DNA of 64,000 bases from the NCBI GenBank assembly GCA_964387845.1, contig CAYLXA010000002.1, positions 192,001 to 256,000 of the forward strand. The letters are read 5' to 3'. The notes beneath the pieces are model-generated. The model had not been told where the DNA came from, did no database searches, and saw nothing but the letters and a program-made list of their open reading frames with translations. Of this stretch, positions 18,561-28,444 are shown in pieces. The position numbers and the translations under genes were made by a program. Every line of letters begins with the position of its first letter. Position 1 is the stretch's first letter. This stretch comes from an uncultured bacterium (GTDB taxonomy: Bacteria > Omnitrophota > Omnitrophia > Omnitrophales > Abzuiibacteriaceae).

Positions 18561-19784
18561 TCACCGGAGCACTGAATAAATCATGTGAAACGCACGGACT
18601 GCAGACACTTGCCGGATCCGGTCGCGATTTCCGCCGATCAAAAAATGTTTCACAAGAATGCTTTTCTCGGACGCAACTGCAATCCAAACGGTTCCAACCG
18701 GTTTTTGCTTACTGCCACCAGACGGGCCCGCGATCCCGGTTACGGCGATTGAATAATCCGTTTTGAGCAATGCGCGGACATTTTTAGCCATCAAAATAGC
18801 GGTCTGCTTGGAAACAGCGCCGTGCATTTTTAAAATCTGAGCAGGCACATTCAACACCCCTCTCTTCACAGAATCCGCATAGGCCAGAATACCGCCCCTA
18901 AAATACTGAGAGGCGCCGGGGTGATCCGTTAAGCGCTTGGCAAGCAATCCGCCCGTACAGCTTTCGGCAACCGAAATTGTTTTTCTCCGCTTCGTTAAAA
19001 GTTTTGAGACAGCCGATTCAATCGGCTCTTCCGTTTCAGTGTAAATAGCCTTTCCCAATCGCGAAAGCATTTCACGCCGCAGCGTTTTAATTAGTTGGCC
19101 GCTTTTTGAACGGACCTTGATGCTAATCCAACCGAGTTTTGGGTAAATACCAAATTCAAAGTCGCGCTTTCCGAAAAAACTCTTTCGCAGCTTCTGCATG
19201 ACTTGAGGCTCGCCGAGACCGGCCAAGCTCACGGTAAATGCCGGCAATCGCAGAAGTGCCTGTTTAAATTTTCTAAGCAGCATTCTTCTTACTTCATGCT
19301 CAAACATGTGAATCATTTCACGGGGAACGCCGGGCAGGACGACCAGTATTTTACCGTGATCCTCGACATAAAAACCAAGCGCGATTCCGGCCCGGTTCAG
19401 GATCGGATGTGCAATTCTTGGAAAATACGCCTCCCGCCGCGTAATGGGAATATTCTTTTGTTTAGTTCTTCTGAAATAGTTTTGAATGTTGCGGTATTGC
19501 TCAGGATTAAATACGAGGTCTGTCCGAAAATACGCTGCCACCGCTTCGCGTGTCACATCGTCCGGTGTTGGCCCAAGACCGCCAGTTGCAATCACAAGAT
19601 CCGAGCGGTCTAGCGCGAGCCCGAGCGCGTCTTCGATTTTCTCAACCGAATCAACGCAGGCAGTTTGACGATTCACCTGAAAACCAAGGCTGGTCAACTC
19701 CTTACCCAAGTACTGCGCATTTGAATTTAGCGTACTTCCCTGCAGCAATTCGGAACCGATGGTCAAAATTTCCGCGGAGTTCAT
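18561..19784 (-). CDS. cinA: Competence/damage-inducible protein CinA (MoCF-binding plus CinA C-terminal domain)
   Basis: MNSAEILTIGSELLQGSTLNSNAQYLGKELTSLGF is the canonical CinA N-terminus. The track ORF has a 27-codon Cys-rich upstream extension that is probably not translated. Confidence 0.8.
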   Translation of the reverse strand: MNSAEILTIGSELLQGSTLNSNAQYLGKELTSLGFQVNRQTACVDSVEKIEDALGLALDRSDLVIATGGLGPTPDDVTREAVAAYFRTDLVFNPEQYRNIQNYFRRTKQKNIPITRREAYFPRIAHPILNRAGIALGFYVEDHGKILVVLPGVPREMIHMFEHEVRRMLLRKFKQALLRLPAFTVSLAGLGEPQVMQKLRKSFFGKRDFEFGIYPKLGWISIKVRSKSGQLIKTLRREMLSRLGKAIYTETEEPIESAVSKLLTKRRKTISVAESCTGGLLAKRLTDHPGASQYFRGGILAYADSVKRGVLNVPAQILKMHGAVSKQTAILMAKNVRALLKTDYSIAVTGIAGPSGGSKQKPVGTVWIAVASEKSILVKHFLIGGNRDRIRQVSAVRAFHMIYSVLR

Positions 19785-20230
19785 TTGAGCAGAAAATGAG
19801 AAGCTAATTGAAGGATAATGTTTGATGCAACACCCGCCGCAAGATCGTCCGTCATAACACCCCATCCTTTCGGCAGTTTTTCTAACTGGCGGATCGGAAA
19901 CGGCTTTACAATATCAAAAAACCGAAACAAGATAAAACCGCTCACCGCCGTGACCCAACTCACCGGCACCAAGAAAAAAGTAACCAAAATGCCGCATACT
20001 TCGTCGATTACAACCTCGCTCGGATCCATTTTTCCGGTTTTTGTGATAACAAAATTGGAAGCTTTCACACCCAAAAAATATACCGCTAAAATTAAAACCA
20101 ATTGAGTTTGCGGGGTTGAGCGATTTAACAAAAAAAGAAGAGCTGCCAAACTTGCCGCAGTACCGGGAAGGAACTTTAATTTACCGATTCCGAAGAAAGT
20201 AGCAAACAATGTCCAAAACTGAGCGTTCAT
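19781..20230 (-). CDS. pgpA: Phosphatidylglycerophosphatase A
   Basis: FGIGKLKFLPGTAASL motif of PgpA; ~150-aa membrane protein. It is adjacent to pgsA. Confidence 0.75.
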   Translation of the reverse strand: MNAQFWTLFATFFGIGKLKFLPGTAASLAALLFLLNRSTPQTQLVLILAVYFLGVKASNFVITKTGKMDPSEVVIDEVCGILVTFFLVPVSWVTAVSGFILFRFFDIVKPFPIRQLEKLPKGWGVMTDDLAAGVASNIILQLASHFLLK

Positions 20231-20233
20231 ATG

Positions 20234-20782
20234 TCAGCGAATGGTTTGCTTTAAAAATAAATACCCGGAAAATAACGTCAGTGCATTTGCAATCAAAAGA
20301 GAAGCATGTAAAACGATGTTTAAAACCGGGACGATTCCTGACCAGTTTATCCGGAAAGCCCACACCAATAAAAATGCCAACCCAACGGTTGCAAATTGAA
20401 CCACGGCCTTTACTTTTCCGGAATATTCAGCTGCCAAAATTTTACCGCGCAATATATTCTGCGTCCGGATCCAAGTCACTGCCGCTTCGCGGATAAAGAT
20501 CGGGATTACCCACCATATCGAATAAATCTTCAAATATGAAAAACTGAACAGAAGGCCAAGCACCAGAATTTTATCGGCAATTGGGTCCGCAATTTTTCCG
20601 AAATCGGTGATTAATCCTTTTGCGCGTGCCAGATGGCCATCCCACCAATCCGTCAAACATGCCGCCAGAAATATCAGGAATGAAAATCCAAGAGCTCGCA
20701 AATCGTTCGAGCTGGTCAGAATCAAACAGGACAGAACCGCCATGACAATTCTGGCGATGGTCAACATATTGGGCGTAATCAT
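20234..20782 (-). CDS. pgsA: CDP-diacylglycerol--glycerol-3-phosphate 3-phosphatidyltransferase
   Basis: CDP-alcohol phosphatidyltransferase motif D-x2-DG-x2-AR (DWWDGHLAR...GKIADPIADK). Confidence 0.75.
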   Translation of the reverse strand: MITPNMLTIARIVMAVLSCLILTSSNDLRALGFSFLIFLAACLTDWWDGHLARAKGLITDFGKIADPIADKILVLGLLFSFSYLKIYSIWWVIPIFIREAAVTWIRTQNILRGKILAAEYSGKVKAVVQFATVGLAFLLVWAFRINWSGIVPVLNIVLHASLLIANALTLFSGYLFLKQTIR

Positions 20783-22179
20783 GAAATCAAATCGGCGGTT
20801 AAATCGTATTCATTTGCCGCAGCGACCTTGGCTTTTACAAAATCACCGGGTTTGAGATTGAGTTTTTTGGTTTTGCTTGAAGGGCGTAAATAAACAATGC
20901 CATCCACGTCCGGAGCATCCATCTGGCTTCTTCCTTGAAACATGTTCGGATAATCTTGGCTGGCCCCGTCTACCAAAATATCCAGTTCCCGTCCGATCCA
21001 TTTTTGATTATTTTCCAGTGAAATTTTCTGCTGAAGTTGCATGGCTTGCTTAAACCGTTCCTGCTTTACTTTTTCCGGAATTTGATTCTTCATCACACCG
21101 GCCGGCGTACCGTCTTCCTGCGAATACTGAAAAACACCCAATCTTTCAAATTTGGTCTCGTGCATAAATTCAAGCAGCTCATTAAAATCTCGGTCGGTTT
21201 CTCCGGGAAACCCGACAATGAATGTGGTCCGGATAGCAACGCCCGGAACTTCCTTCCGGATTTGCTCAACCAAACGCAGCGTCCGCTCTTTCGTAACACC
21301 GCGCTTCATCGCCAAAAGCATCGGATCGCTGATGTGCTGGAGCGGCATGTCCAAATAATTGCACACTTTTGGAAGTTTTGCGATCGCTTGAATCATTGAT
21401 AAATTCACGCAAGACGGATACAAATACAAAACGCGGATCCATTTGATTCCGCGGATCGAATTCAGTTCATTTAATAACTCGGGTAAGATATATTTTCCAG
21501 TCAAATCACGGCCGTAAAAAGAAGTGTCCTGGCCGGTTAAAATCACTTCCTTAGCACCCTCTGCTGCCAATTTTTCAATTTCTTTTACAATATCCGAAAC
21601 CGGCCGCGACCGGTGTTTCCCGCGAAATGACGGAATCGAACAGAAAGTACAAATATGATCGCAGCCCTCCGAAATTTTGACATAGCGAAAATGCACTGGC
21701 GTTAATGCGACACGCGAATTTTCTGCGCTGTAAACATAACCGGGACTACCCAGGGCAATAATTGGTTTGGTGTTGGTGCGGTATATTTTTTTTCGCCTTG
21801 CCAATTCCGAAAAAACGGATTCAATTTTGTCATACTCTCCCGTCCCCACAAATGCGTCCACTTCCTTGAATTCTTTTTGCAGCGTTTTTGAATACCGTTG
21901 AAAGAGGCAGCCCAAAACAACCAGCCCTTTGATTTGCCCGGCTTTTTTCAACTCGACCAATTCGATAATTTTATCGATCGACTCCTGCTTTGCCTCTTGA
22001 ATAAAAGAACAGGTGTTCAAAACGGCAACATCGCAATGAGAAATATCCGAGGTAACGGAAAATCGCGCAGAATCAAGCCTTCCGAGGGCCAATTCACTGT
22101 CTACAAGGGTTTTGGGACACCCAAGCGACAATATACCGACCGAGATAGGTTTTTGGGCTTTTGAGGCAGTTTTTAGCAT
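20779..22179 (-). CDS. rimO: Ribosomal protein S12 methylthiotransferase RimO (MTTase N-terminal domain, radical SAM, TRAM)
   Basis: GCPKTLVDSE N-terminal block as in RimO, the radical-SAM cluster CDHICTFC, and a C-terminal TRAM domain. Confidence 0.7.
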   Translation of the reverse strand: MLKTASKAQKPISVGILSLGCPKTLVDSELALGRLDSARFSVTSDISHCDVAVLNTCSFIQEAKQESIDKIIELVELKKAGQIKGLVVLGCLFQRYSKTLQKEFKEVDAFVGTGEYDKIESVFSELARRKKIYRTNTKPIIALGSPGYVYSAENSRVALTPVHFRYVKISEGCDHICTFCSIPSFRGKHRSRPVSDIVKEIEKLAAEGAKEVILTGQDTSFYGRDLTGKYILPELLNELNSIRGIKWIRVLYLYPSCVNLSMIQAIAKLPKVCNYLDMPLQHISDPMLLAMKRGVTKERTLRLVEQIRKEVPGVAIRTTFIVGFPGETDRDFNELLEFMHETKFERLGVFQYSQEDGTPAGVMKNQIPEKVKQERFKQAMQLQQKISLENNQKWIGRELDILVDGASQDYPNMFQGRSQMDAPDVDGIVYLRPSSKTKKLNLKPGDFVKAKVAAANEYDLTADLIS

Positions 22180-22245
22180 AAATCGGCGTTATTGTAGCAT
22201 ATGGGGTCAGCTATTTCGATTGAGATTTGACTAAGCGATAAGAAA

Positions 22246-22319
22246 TGGAGCGGGCGAAGGGAATCGAACCCTCGTCATGGGCTTGGGAAGCCCAGGTAAT
22301 GCCATTATACGACGCCCGC
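22246..22319 (-). tRNA. tRNA-Gly (anticodon CCC), 74 nt, CCA encoded
   Basis: I folded the reverse complement GCGGGCGTCGTATAATGGCATTACCTGGGCTTCCCAAGCCCATGACGAGGGTTCGATTCCCTTCGCCCGCTCCA by hand. It gives a 7-bp acceptor stem, a 5-bp anticodon stem TGGGC/GCCCA, the loop TTCCCAA, and a T-arm GAGGG-TTCGATT-CCCTT. It is near-identical to E. coli glyU. Confidence 0.85.
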
Positions 22320-22409
22320 ATTTTTTAGTGATCAGTGATAAGTTGTAGTAAAGCACAAATTGTTTTTTATCTTTTGTTTATCACTTAACACTTATCACTT
22401 ATAACTGAC

Positions 22410-23324
22410 TTAAAAGTGGCAGATTTTTTTAAATTCTTGATACCGGTTCTCAATTTCGTCTATGGCAAGAGATCTGAGGCGCTCAAGGCCGAATTGCTCA
22501 ACCGTAAACGAAGCCACCACACTTCCGTAAGCAACCGCACGCTTCAAAGTCTCAAAATTGAGAACATTTTGCTTTGCCAAATATCCCACCATCCCGCCCG
22601 CAAAGGTGTCTCCTGCGCCGGTAGGATCAAATACTTCTTCCAACGGAAATGCCGGCAATGCAAAAAAATTGCTTTCGTAGAACAAAAGCGCGCCATGCTC
22701 GCCTTTTTTAATGACGACAATCGACGGGCCGAACTCCTGAATCATGCGCCCGGCCTTGATGAGACTTGGTTGGCCGGTCAATTGACGAGCTTCCCCGTCA
22801 TTGACCACAATCATATCCACGCGCTTGAGGACTTTGAGCAATTCGTTTTTCTTGCTCGCAATCCAAAAATTCATCGTATCGCAGGCAACCAGCTTGCACT
22901 TCGGACGCTTGACCTGATTGAGGACTTCCTGCTGGAGAATCGGATCAATGTTTGCTAAAAATAAGAAATCAGGTTCGACTCCGTGGTTAAGCTTTGGTTT
23001 GAAATCAAGCAAAACGTTCAGTTGCGTATCAAGCGTAATCGCCGTGTTTAGATCCGATTCATATTTCCCTTTCCAACGAAATGTTTTTCCGGCGGATAAA
23101 ACTTCAAGGTGATCTAACCCGATTTTACGTTCTTCTAAAATTTTGCGGTATTCGACAGGAAAATCCGCACCCACCACCGCTACCAGTTCGGCGGGGACAA
23201 AAAAACTGGATGCGTATGAAAAATAAGAAGCCGAGCCGCCGAACACTTCTTGCTTGGCACCGAACGGTGTTTCAACCGAGTCAATCGCGACCGTGCCAAT
23301 GACCATGAGAGGATACTGACTCAT
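22410..23324 (-). CDS. PfkB-family carbohydrate kinase (ribokinase-like); possibly the heptose-7-phosphate kinase (HldA/RfaE domain I)
   Basis: DPTGAGDTFAGGMVGYLA is the PfkB signature 2. gmhA and the rfaE domain-II-like gene lie 1-2 kb away and no kinase domain is fused to the latter, so the heptose-kinase role is an inference. Confidence 0.6.
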   Translation of the reverse strand: MSQYPLMVIGTVAIDSVETPFGAKQEVFGGSASYFSYASSFFVPAELVAVVGADFPVEYRKILEERKIGLDHLEVLSAGKTFRWKGKYESDLNTAITLDTQLNVLLDFKPKLNHGVEPDFLFLANIDPILQQEVLNQVKRPKCKLVACDTMNFWIASKKNELLKVLKRVDMIVVNDGEARQLTGQPSLIKAGRMIQEFGPSIVVIKKGEHGALLFYESNFFALPAFPLEEVFDPTGAGDTFAGGMVGYLAKQNVLNFETLKRAVAYGSVVASFTVEQFGLERLRSLAIDEIENRYQEFKKICHF

Positions 23325-23325
23325 T

Positions 23326-23958
23326 TTAGGCCATCCTTTGTTTTAATTGCTGAGCAGCCGCTTTCGGGTTTGCATCATTAAAAATAGCCCGAACGACCGC
23401 AATGCGTTTGGCGCCTGCGCCAACAACTTGTTTTGCATTTAACCGATTGATGCCGCCGATACAGACAAACGGAATTTTAACTCTTTGACTGACTGTGTGA
23501 ATTGAACGAAGTCCGATTGGTTGATAGTCCGGCTTTGTCGGGGTACCGAAAATCGGCCCAAAGCCGATGTAATCCGCACCGTTTTTTTCGGCTCTAACCG
23601 CTTGCTCGACGCTATGAGTCGAAATGCCGATTATTTTTTCTTTTCCCGTAATCTTACGCGCCGCCTGAATCGGCAAATCATCCTGTCCCAAATGCACACC
23701 GTCAGCACCTGCCGCCATTGCCAAGTCAATGCGGTCATTGATGATAAAAAGCTTTTTTTGCTTCGCCGTCATCTTCTGAATTTTAACCGCAAGTCTATAC
23801 AATTCATTATCCAGTAATGATTTGGAGCGAAGCTGAATAATATCAACACCGCCGCAAAGCGCGTCATTGATTTTTTGCAGAATCGCGGAACCGGATTCTT
23901 TCAGATCAGTGATTGCGTAAAGCTGAAAATTTTTTAATAATTCCTTTTTCCAGTTCAT
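23326..23958 (-). CDS. thiE: Thiamine-phosphate synthase
   Basis: LYAITD near the N-terminus, then HLGQDD, IGISTHS, GADYIGFGPIFGTPTK and CIGGI blocks, all typical of ThiE. The start was taken at MNWKKELL; the track ORF is 30 codons longer and may overlap the upstream gene. Confidence 0.8.
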   Translation of the reverse strand: MNWKKELLKNFQLYAITDLKESGSAILQKINDALCGGVDIIQLRSKSLLDNELYRLAVKIQKMTAKQKKLFIINDRIDLAMAAGADGVHLGQDDLPIQAARKITGKEKIIGISTHSVEQAVRAEKNGADYIGFGPIFGTPTKPDYQPIGLRSIHTVSQRVKIPFVCIGGINRLNAKQVVGAGAKRIAVVRAIFNDANPKAAAQQLKQRMA

Positions 23959-24337
23959 AAATATCAAACCGAAGCGCTTGAAAGCCGGATACGGCTCGCG
24001 GCGCCGCCATTTTTGCGCATTCTTCCAACGTGCGCAAACTTTCTTCAACGCGCTTGAAATTGGCAGCCGCCAGATCGTTCAGGCGAATGTGGTGCTGATC
24101 GGCAATCCGGCTTTTTTTACCGACATCCCGTTTTGAATTCCGGGACTCCAGTAAGTGAAGCGAGCTCACTGCCGGGCTTAACAAAATACGGCTGACTTGA
24201 TGGCGGATGCGCTTAATTTTGGCTGTGCTCTTTTTATCATTTAACACAAAACGCGCAAGATCTTCTAAAACACGCAAGCCTTCCCGCGCCCGGTTAAAAT
24301 TGGCATCCATTATCCGTTTAATCGAAGTCATGCGCAT
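23906..24337 (-). CDS. Hypothetical protein with an internal tandem duplication (two NFxRxxExLRxLEE helical repeats)
   Basis: ANFNRAREGLRVLEDLARF and ANFKRVEESLRTLEECAKM recur ~75 aa apart. The start was placed at the MRMTSIK Met to avoid a 120-nt overlap with the upstream gene. I recognise no family. Confidence 0.35.
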   Translation of the reverse strand: MRMTSIKRIMDANFNRAREGLRVLEDLARFVLNDKKSTAKIKRIRHQVSRILLSPAVSSLHLLESRNSKRDVGKKSRIADQHHIRLNDLAAANFKRVEESLRTLEECAKMAAPRAVSGFQALRFDIYELEKGIIKKFSALRNH

Positions 24338-24339
24338 GC

Positions 24340-24816
24340 CTAAAGCTTTGAAATCTTTTTCAAAACGGCAGTCGTCGATCTGCCCTTCAAAAGGCGAACT
24401 CGTTTTACCCGGCCTCCCCATCCCTTTACTTCTTTGGCGCCGACAATTTTGGAAAGAGGCCAATCGCCCCCTTTCACCAAAACGTGAGGCTTTACAGCCA
24501 TAATTAAACGAATGGGCGTCGGATCTGAGAAAACAGAGACTGAACCTACAAAAGCTAGAGATGAAAGAATGAGCGCACGGTCACGTTCATTTTGAACCGG
24601 ACGCGTTTTGCCTTTGATTTTCCGGACCGACAAATCGCTATTGAGACCCACAATCAAATGATCGCCGAATGACTTTGCCTTCTTGAGATACATCACATGG
24701 CCGGCATGCAGGATATCAAAGCAGCCGTTGGTGAACACGATTTTTTTGCCCTGCCGGCGAAGTTTCGCGGCTAAAGATTTTAATTGCGGGCGTGATTTAA
24801 TTTTTAAGTTGTCCAT
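24340..24816 (-). CDS. hldC: D-glycero-beta-D-manno-heptose-1-phosphate adenylyltransferase (RfaE domain II / HldC-like cytidylyltransferase fold)
   Basis: VFTNGCFDILHAGHVMYLKKAK...GLNSD...VKGGDW closely matches the HldE C-terminal domain. Confidence 0.75.
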   Translation of the reverse strand: MDNLKIKSRPQLKSLAAKLRRQGKKIVFTNGCFDILHAGHVMYLKKAKSFGDHLIVGLNSDLSVRKIKGKTRPVQNERDRALILSSLAFVGSVSVFSDPTPIRLIMAVKPHVLVKGGDWPLSKIVGAKEVKGWGGRVKRVRLLKGRSTTAVLKKISKL

Positions 24817-24825
24817 GAAAACTGC

Positions 24826-25413
24826 TTATTTGGAAAGAACTTCTTCGGCAATTTCAGAAACCGCATGTAAAGCGGTAATGTGCATTTCTTGGATGTGCGA
24901 GGTTTCGTTAGACGCTGCAGAAAAGTTCAAATCCGTCATTGGCTTGAGCGCGCCGCCTTTTTCTCCGGTAAACGAAACGGTCTTGAGGCCTATTTGCTGC
25001 GCAGCTTTTACGGCTTCAATCACATTTTTTGAGTTTCCGCTCGTTGAAATTGCAATCAAGAGGTCGCCCTTCCGCCCCAAACCCTCCACCTGCCTTTTAA
25101 ACACACAATCATAATTATAGTCATTGGCAAGCGCAGTTAAAATTGAAGAGTCAGTTGTCAGCGCAATCGCAGGCAGGCTTTTGCGCTCTTTTTTGAACCG
25201 GGCGATGAACTCGGCTGCGATGTGCTGCGAATCAGCCGCGCTTCCCCCGTTGCCGCAAATCAAGAGTTTACCGCCCTTTTGAAGTGTTTGAATTATGGCT
25301 TCTGCGACTTTTACAAGATCGGCATTCCGGCTTGATTGAAAGGTCTTGCCTGCAATTTCAATGTGGTCGCCCAATATCACTTCTAATTTTGCCTGGATAT
25401 CCGCACTCGACAT
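24826..25413 (-). CDS. gmhA: Phosphoheptose isomerase (SIS domain)
   Basis: GGKLLICGNGGSAADSQHIAAEF is the GmhA signature; ~195 aa. Confidence 0.8.
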   Translation of the reverse strand: MSSADIQAKLEVILGDHIEIAGKTFQSSRNADLVKVAEAIIQTLQKGGKLLICGNGGSAADSQHIAAEFIARFKKERKSLPAIALTTDSSILTALANDYNYDCVFKRQVEGLGRKGDLLIAISTSGNSKNVIEAVKAAQQIGLKTVSFTGEKGGALKPMTDLNFSAASNETSHIQEMHITALHAVSEIAEEVLSK

Positions 25414-25426
25414 TACGCTTCCTCGA

Positions 25427-26452
25427 TTAACCGAAAAATATTTTTGCCATGTCGTAGTACTCTTTTGGGACTACTTTCAGCTCGCCGGTTGCTTGAGAGA
25501 GCGGCACCGAAACGATCTTCGTTCCGGCTAAGCTCACCATCTGGCCAAACTGCTTCGCCTTGATTAATTCAACCGCCTTAACGCCAAACCGCGTGCCCAA
25601 AACGCGGTCAAAGGCAGTCGGTGTTCCGCCGCGCTGGATGTGGCCCAGTACGGTCACGCGGGTCTCGAATCCCGTGTTTTTTTCGATCATTTCGGCAAGG
25701 GTCTGCCCGATACCACCCAGGCGGACGTGGCCAAATTGATCCTTCTTTTCTTCCAAGGTAACGTCTTTTCCCGCAAGCTTGGCACCTTCCGCGACCGCGA
25801 CAATGCTGAAAGTTTTTCCGCGCGCATGGCGCTTTTTGATCAAACTGCAGACTTCGTTGATATCAACCGGAATTTCAGGGATCAAAATCACGTCCGCGCC
25901 GCCCGCAATACCGGACTCCAAAGCAATCCAACCGGCATGCCGGCCCATGATTTCGACAACAATCACGCGATTATGCGATTCTGCGGTCGTGTGAAGCCGG
26001 TCAATGCACTCGGTCACAATATTGATTGCCGTGTCAAAGCCGAACGTATAGTCCGTTGCGGAAAGATCGTTATCGATGGTTTTTGGAACACCGACAACCG
26101 GTAAGCCGTCCTTGACCAGCTTGCTCGCAACGCCCAGCGTGTCTTCGCCGCCGACTGCAACAAGTGCTGTAAGCTGATTTTTTTCAAACGTTTTTTTGAC
26201 TTTCTCGAGGCCGTTTGCATCTTTATACGGATTGGTTCGTGAAGTTCCGAGAATCGTTCCACCCTTCGGCAAAATACCTGACACAACCTTTCCATCCACC
26301 ACCATAAACTCATTTTCCATGACGCCTTTCCAGCCGTACCGAAAACCAAGCACTTGCCAGCCTTCCATGCTGGCTGTTTTTTCTACAGCGCGAATCACTG
26401 AATTAAGGCCGGGGCAATCACCGCCGCCCGTTAAAATACCTATTTTCCCCAT
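25427..26452 (-). CDS. pfp: 6-phosphofructokinase, pyrophosphate-dependent type signature
   Basis: MGKIGILTGGGDCPGLN, VGGEDTLG (a GGxDx block rather than GGDGS) and GVPKTIDNDL (Lys in PKTIDND). The Asp/Lys pair at these positions is the established PPi-PFK signature, versus Gly/Gly in ATP-dependent enzymes. Confidence 0.8.
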   Translation of the reverse strand: MGKIGILTGGGDCPGLNSVIRAVEKTASMEGWQVLGFRYGWKGVMENEFMVVDGKVVSGILPKGGTILGTSRTNPYKDANGLEKVKKTFEKNQLTALVAVGGEDTLGVASKLVKDGLPVVGVPKTIDNDLSATDYTFGFDTAINIVTECIDRLHTTAESHNRVIVVEIMGRHAGWIALESGIAGGADVILIPEIPVDINEVCSLIKKRHARGKTFSIVAVAEGAKLAGKDVTLEEKKDQFGHVRLGGIGQTLAEMIEKNTGFETRVTVLGHIQRGGTPTAFDRVLGTRFGVKAVELIKAKQFGQMVSLAGTKIVSVPLSQATGELKVVPKEYYDMAKIFFG

Positions 26453-26470
26453 TGCTTCCTCCGTTTGAAT

Positions 26471-27019
26471 TTATGATGCCATCTGTAAAGGCGATTCTAC
26501 TATTTTCGAAACATTCATGAAAACGTCAATCAATATTTCATACCCAACGATTTTTAAAATTCTTTCCTTGATTTCGACTTCAATAAGCGGCTTTAGCGCC
26601 TGCAAATCTGCCGATGAAAGAACGGTTAAATCAATATTAATTTTAAGCACTTGTTGCTCAAAACTCGACGTCGCTTCGCAGCTCTGCACTGCGTCAAATT
26701 TCTTTAAGGCGCGCCTGACAATTTCGTTAATTGCCGAGAAGCGCAACGTGGTCTGCCCGCCATCTCCAAAGACTAAAAACTCGTCTTCGCTACGCACCTT
26801 TTTAACAAGCGATTTTGTTAGCGCAAGCCCTGTGATGATAAAAAAAAGCCCTGCGATTCCGATTTGAAAGCGCTGTCCGCCCGAGTCATAAAGATCTTGA
26901 AGTTTAATCAGCGCATCCTCCATCGGGAGAACTCTGAGCGCCACAATCATCATTAAACTTCCGAATGTCAAAAGAGCGATAATACAAAAAACATCGACAA
27001 AAAAATTAAAAACCCTCAT
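26471..27019 (-). CDS. Hypothetical membrane-anchored protein (two N-terminal transmembrane helices; Asp23/AmaP-like by context)
   Basis: Two transmembrane segments followed by a soluble domain; immediately downstream of accBC, where Firmicutes carry Asp23-family genes. The family assignment is an inference. Confidence 0.35.
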   Translation of the reverse strand: MRVFNFFVDVFCIIALLTFGSLMMIVALRVLPMEDALIKLQDLYDSGGQRFQIGIAGLFFIITGLALTKSLVKKVRSEDEFLVFGDGGQTTLRFSAINEIVRRALKKFDAVQSCEATSSFEQQVLKINIDLTVLSSADLQALKPLIEVEIKERILKIVGYEILIDVFMNVSKIVESPLQMAS

Positions 27020-28392
27020 CCTGCTGTTTCTTTCTCGGCGTTGTTGGCGGGCGGTGTCAGCATCGTATCAATGAACGTTGTGGTTACCTTGCCCTGCCGA
27101 AAGCGCGGCCTGTTCAAAATCTTCTCAAGCAGCGGGATCGTGGTTTTAATGGGGCCGACAGTCATCTCATGAAGAGCCCGCTGCATCATTGCAATTGCTT
27201 CATTCCGGTCATGGCCGTGAACAATTACCTTTGCAATCATCGAGTCATAAAATGGCGGGACACTGTAACCGGAATAAATATGCGTATCTACGCGCACATT
27301 CGGCCCGCCGGGAATGATAAGTGTGTCGATTTTGCCCGGTGATGGCATAAAATTCTTTTCGGAATCCTCCGCATTAATCCGGCATTCAATCGCAGCACCT
27401 TTGAACTGAATTTGGTCCTGCTTAAACCGCAGTTTGTGGCCGGCCGCAATCCGGATTTGCTCTTTCACCAAATCGATTCCTGTAATGAACTCGGTCACAG
27501 GATGCTCAACCTGAAGCCGCGTGTTCATCTCCATGAAATAAAAATTTCCGTCGACATCTAACAAAAATTCAACAGTGCCGACATTTTCATATTTCACCGC
27601 TTTCGCCACTTTAATTGCGGCCTCACCCATTTTTTTGCGTAGTTTTGCGTCAACCGATGTTGACGGCGATTCCTCGAGCAATTTCTGGTGGCGCCGTTGA
27701 ATCGAGCAGTCACGCTCACCCAAATGAATAACATTTCCGTGTGCGTCTGCCATGATTTGAATTTCAATGTGCCGCGGCTCCCGGATATATTTCTCGATAT
27801 ACACTTCGCGGTCTCCGAAAGCAGCCTCGGCTTCGGCTTGTGCAGTTAAAAAAGCATTCACCAACTTGCCGTCATTATGTGCAACTTTCATTCCCTTACC
27901 GCCGCCGCCGGCTTTTGCCTTGATAATAACGGGATACCCGAACTTTTTAGCGATTTTGAGCGCTTGCTCTTGATCTTCGACAACGCCTTTACTGCCTGGC
28001 GTCGTAGGAACACCTGCCTTGTCCATTGTGATCCGCGCCATGACTTTATCGCCCATCAAACGAACGCTTTCGGGTTTGGGCCCGATAAATTTGATCTGGC
28101 AGGATTCACAAATTTCTGCAAAGTGCGGATTCTCGGACAGAAATCCATAACCGGGGTGAATGGCTTCGACGTCCGCAATTTCGGCAGCGCTGATAATCGC
28201 GGGAATATTTAAGTAGCTCTCGCTGGAAGGCGCCTCGCCGATGCAAATGGCTTCGTCCGCCATTTTCACGTGGAGCGATTCGCGGTCGGCTTTCGAATAA
28301 ACGGCGACGGTTTTGATGCCGAGGTCGCGGCACGCCCGGATGACGCGCACCGCAATTTCACCGCGATTGGCAATTAAAATTTTGTTAAACAT
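27016..28392 (-). CDS. accC: Acetyl-CoA carboxylase biotin carboxylase subunit
   Basis: [26 protein letters not shown], the ATP-grasp domain, and the conserved biotin-carboxylase blocks all match AccC. The start is at the ATG at 28392; the track ORF carries a 41-codon upstream extension. Confidence 0.9.
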   Translation of the reverse strand: MFNKILIANRGEIAVRVIRACRDLGIKTVAVYSKADRESLHVKMADEAICIGEAPSSESYLNIPAIISAAEIADVEAIHPGYGFLSENPHFAEICESCQIKFIGPKPESVRLMGDKVMARITMDKAGVPTTPGSKGVVEDQEQALKIAKKFGYPVIIKAKAGGGGKGMKVAHNDGKLVNAFLTAQAEAEAAFGDREVYIEKYIREPRHIEIQIMADAHGNVIHLGERDCSIQRRHQKLLEESPSTSVDAKLRKKMGEAAIKVAKAVKYENVGTVEFLLDVDGNFYFMEMNTRLQVEHPVTEFITGIDLVKEQIRIAAGHKLRFKQDQIQFKGAAIECRINAEDSEKNFMPSPGKIDTLIIPGGPNVRVDTHIYSGYSVPPFYDSMIAKVIVHGHDRNEAIAMMQRALHEMTVGPIKTTIPLLEKILNRPRFRQGKVTTTFIDTMLTPPANNAEKETAG

Positions 28393-28444
28393 TGATGATT
28401 GCTCTTTCGAGTTGATTGATTCAAAAGCATGAGGAAGCGGTGGG

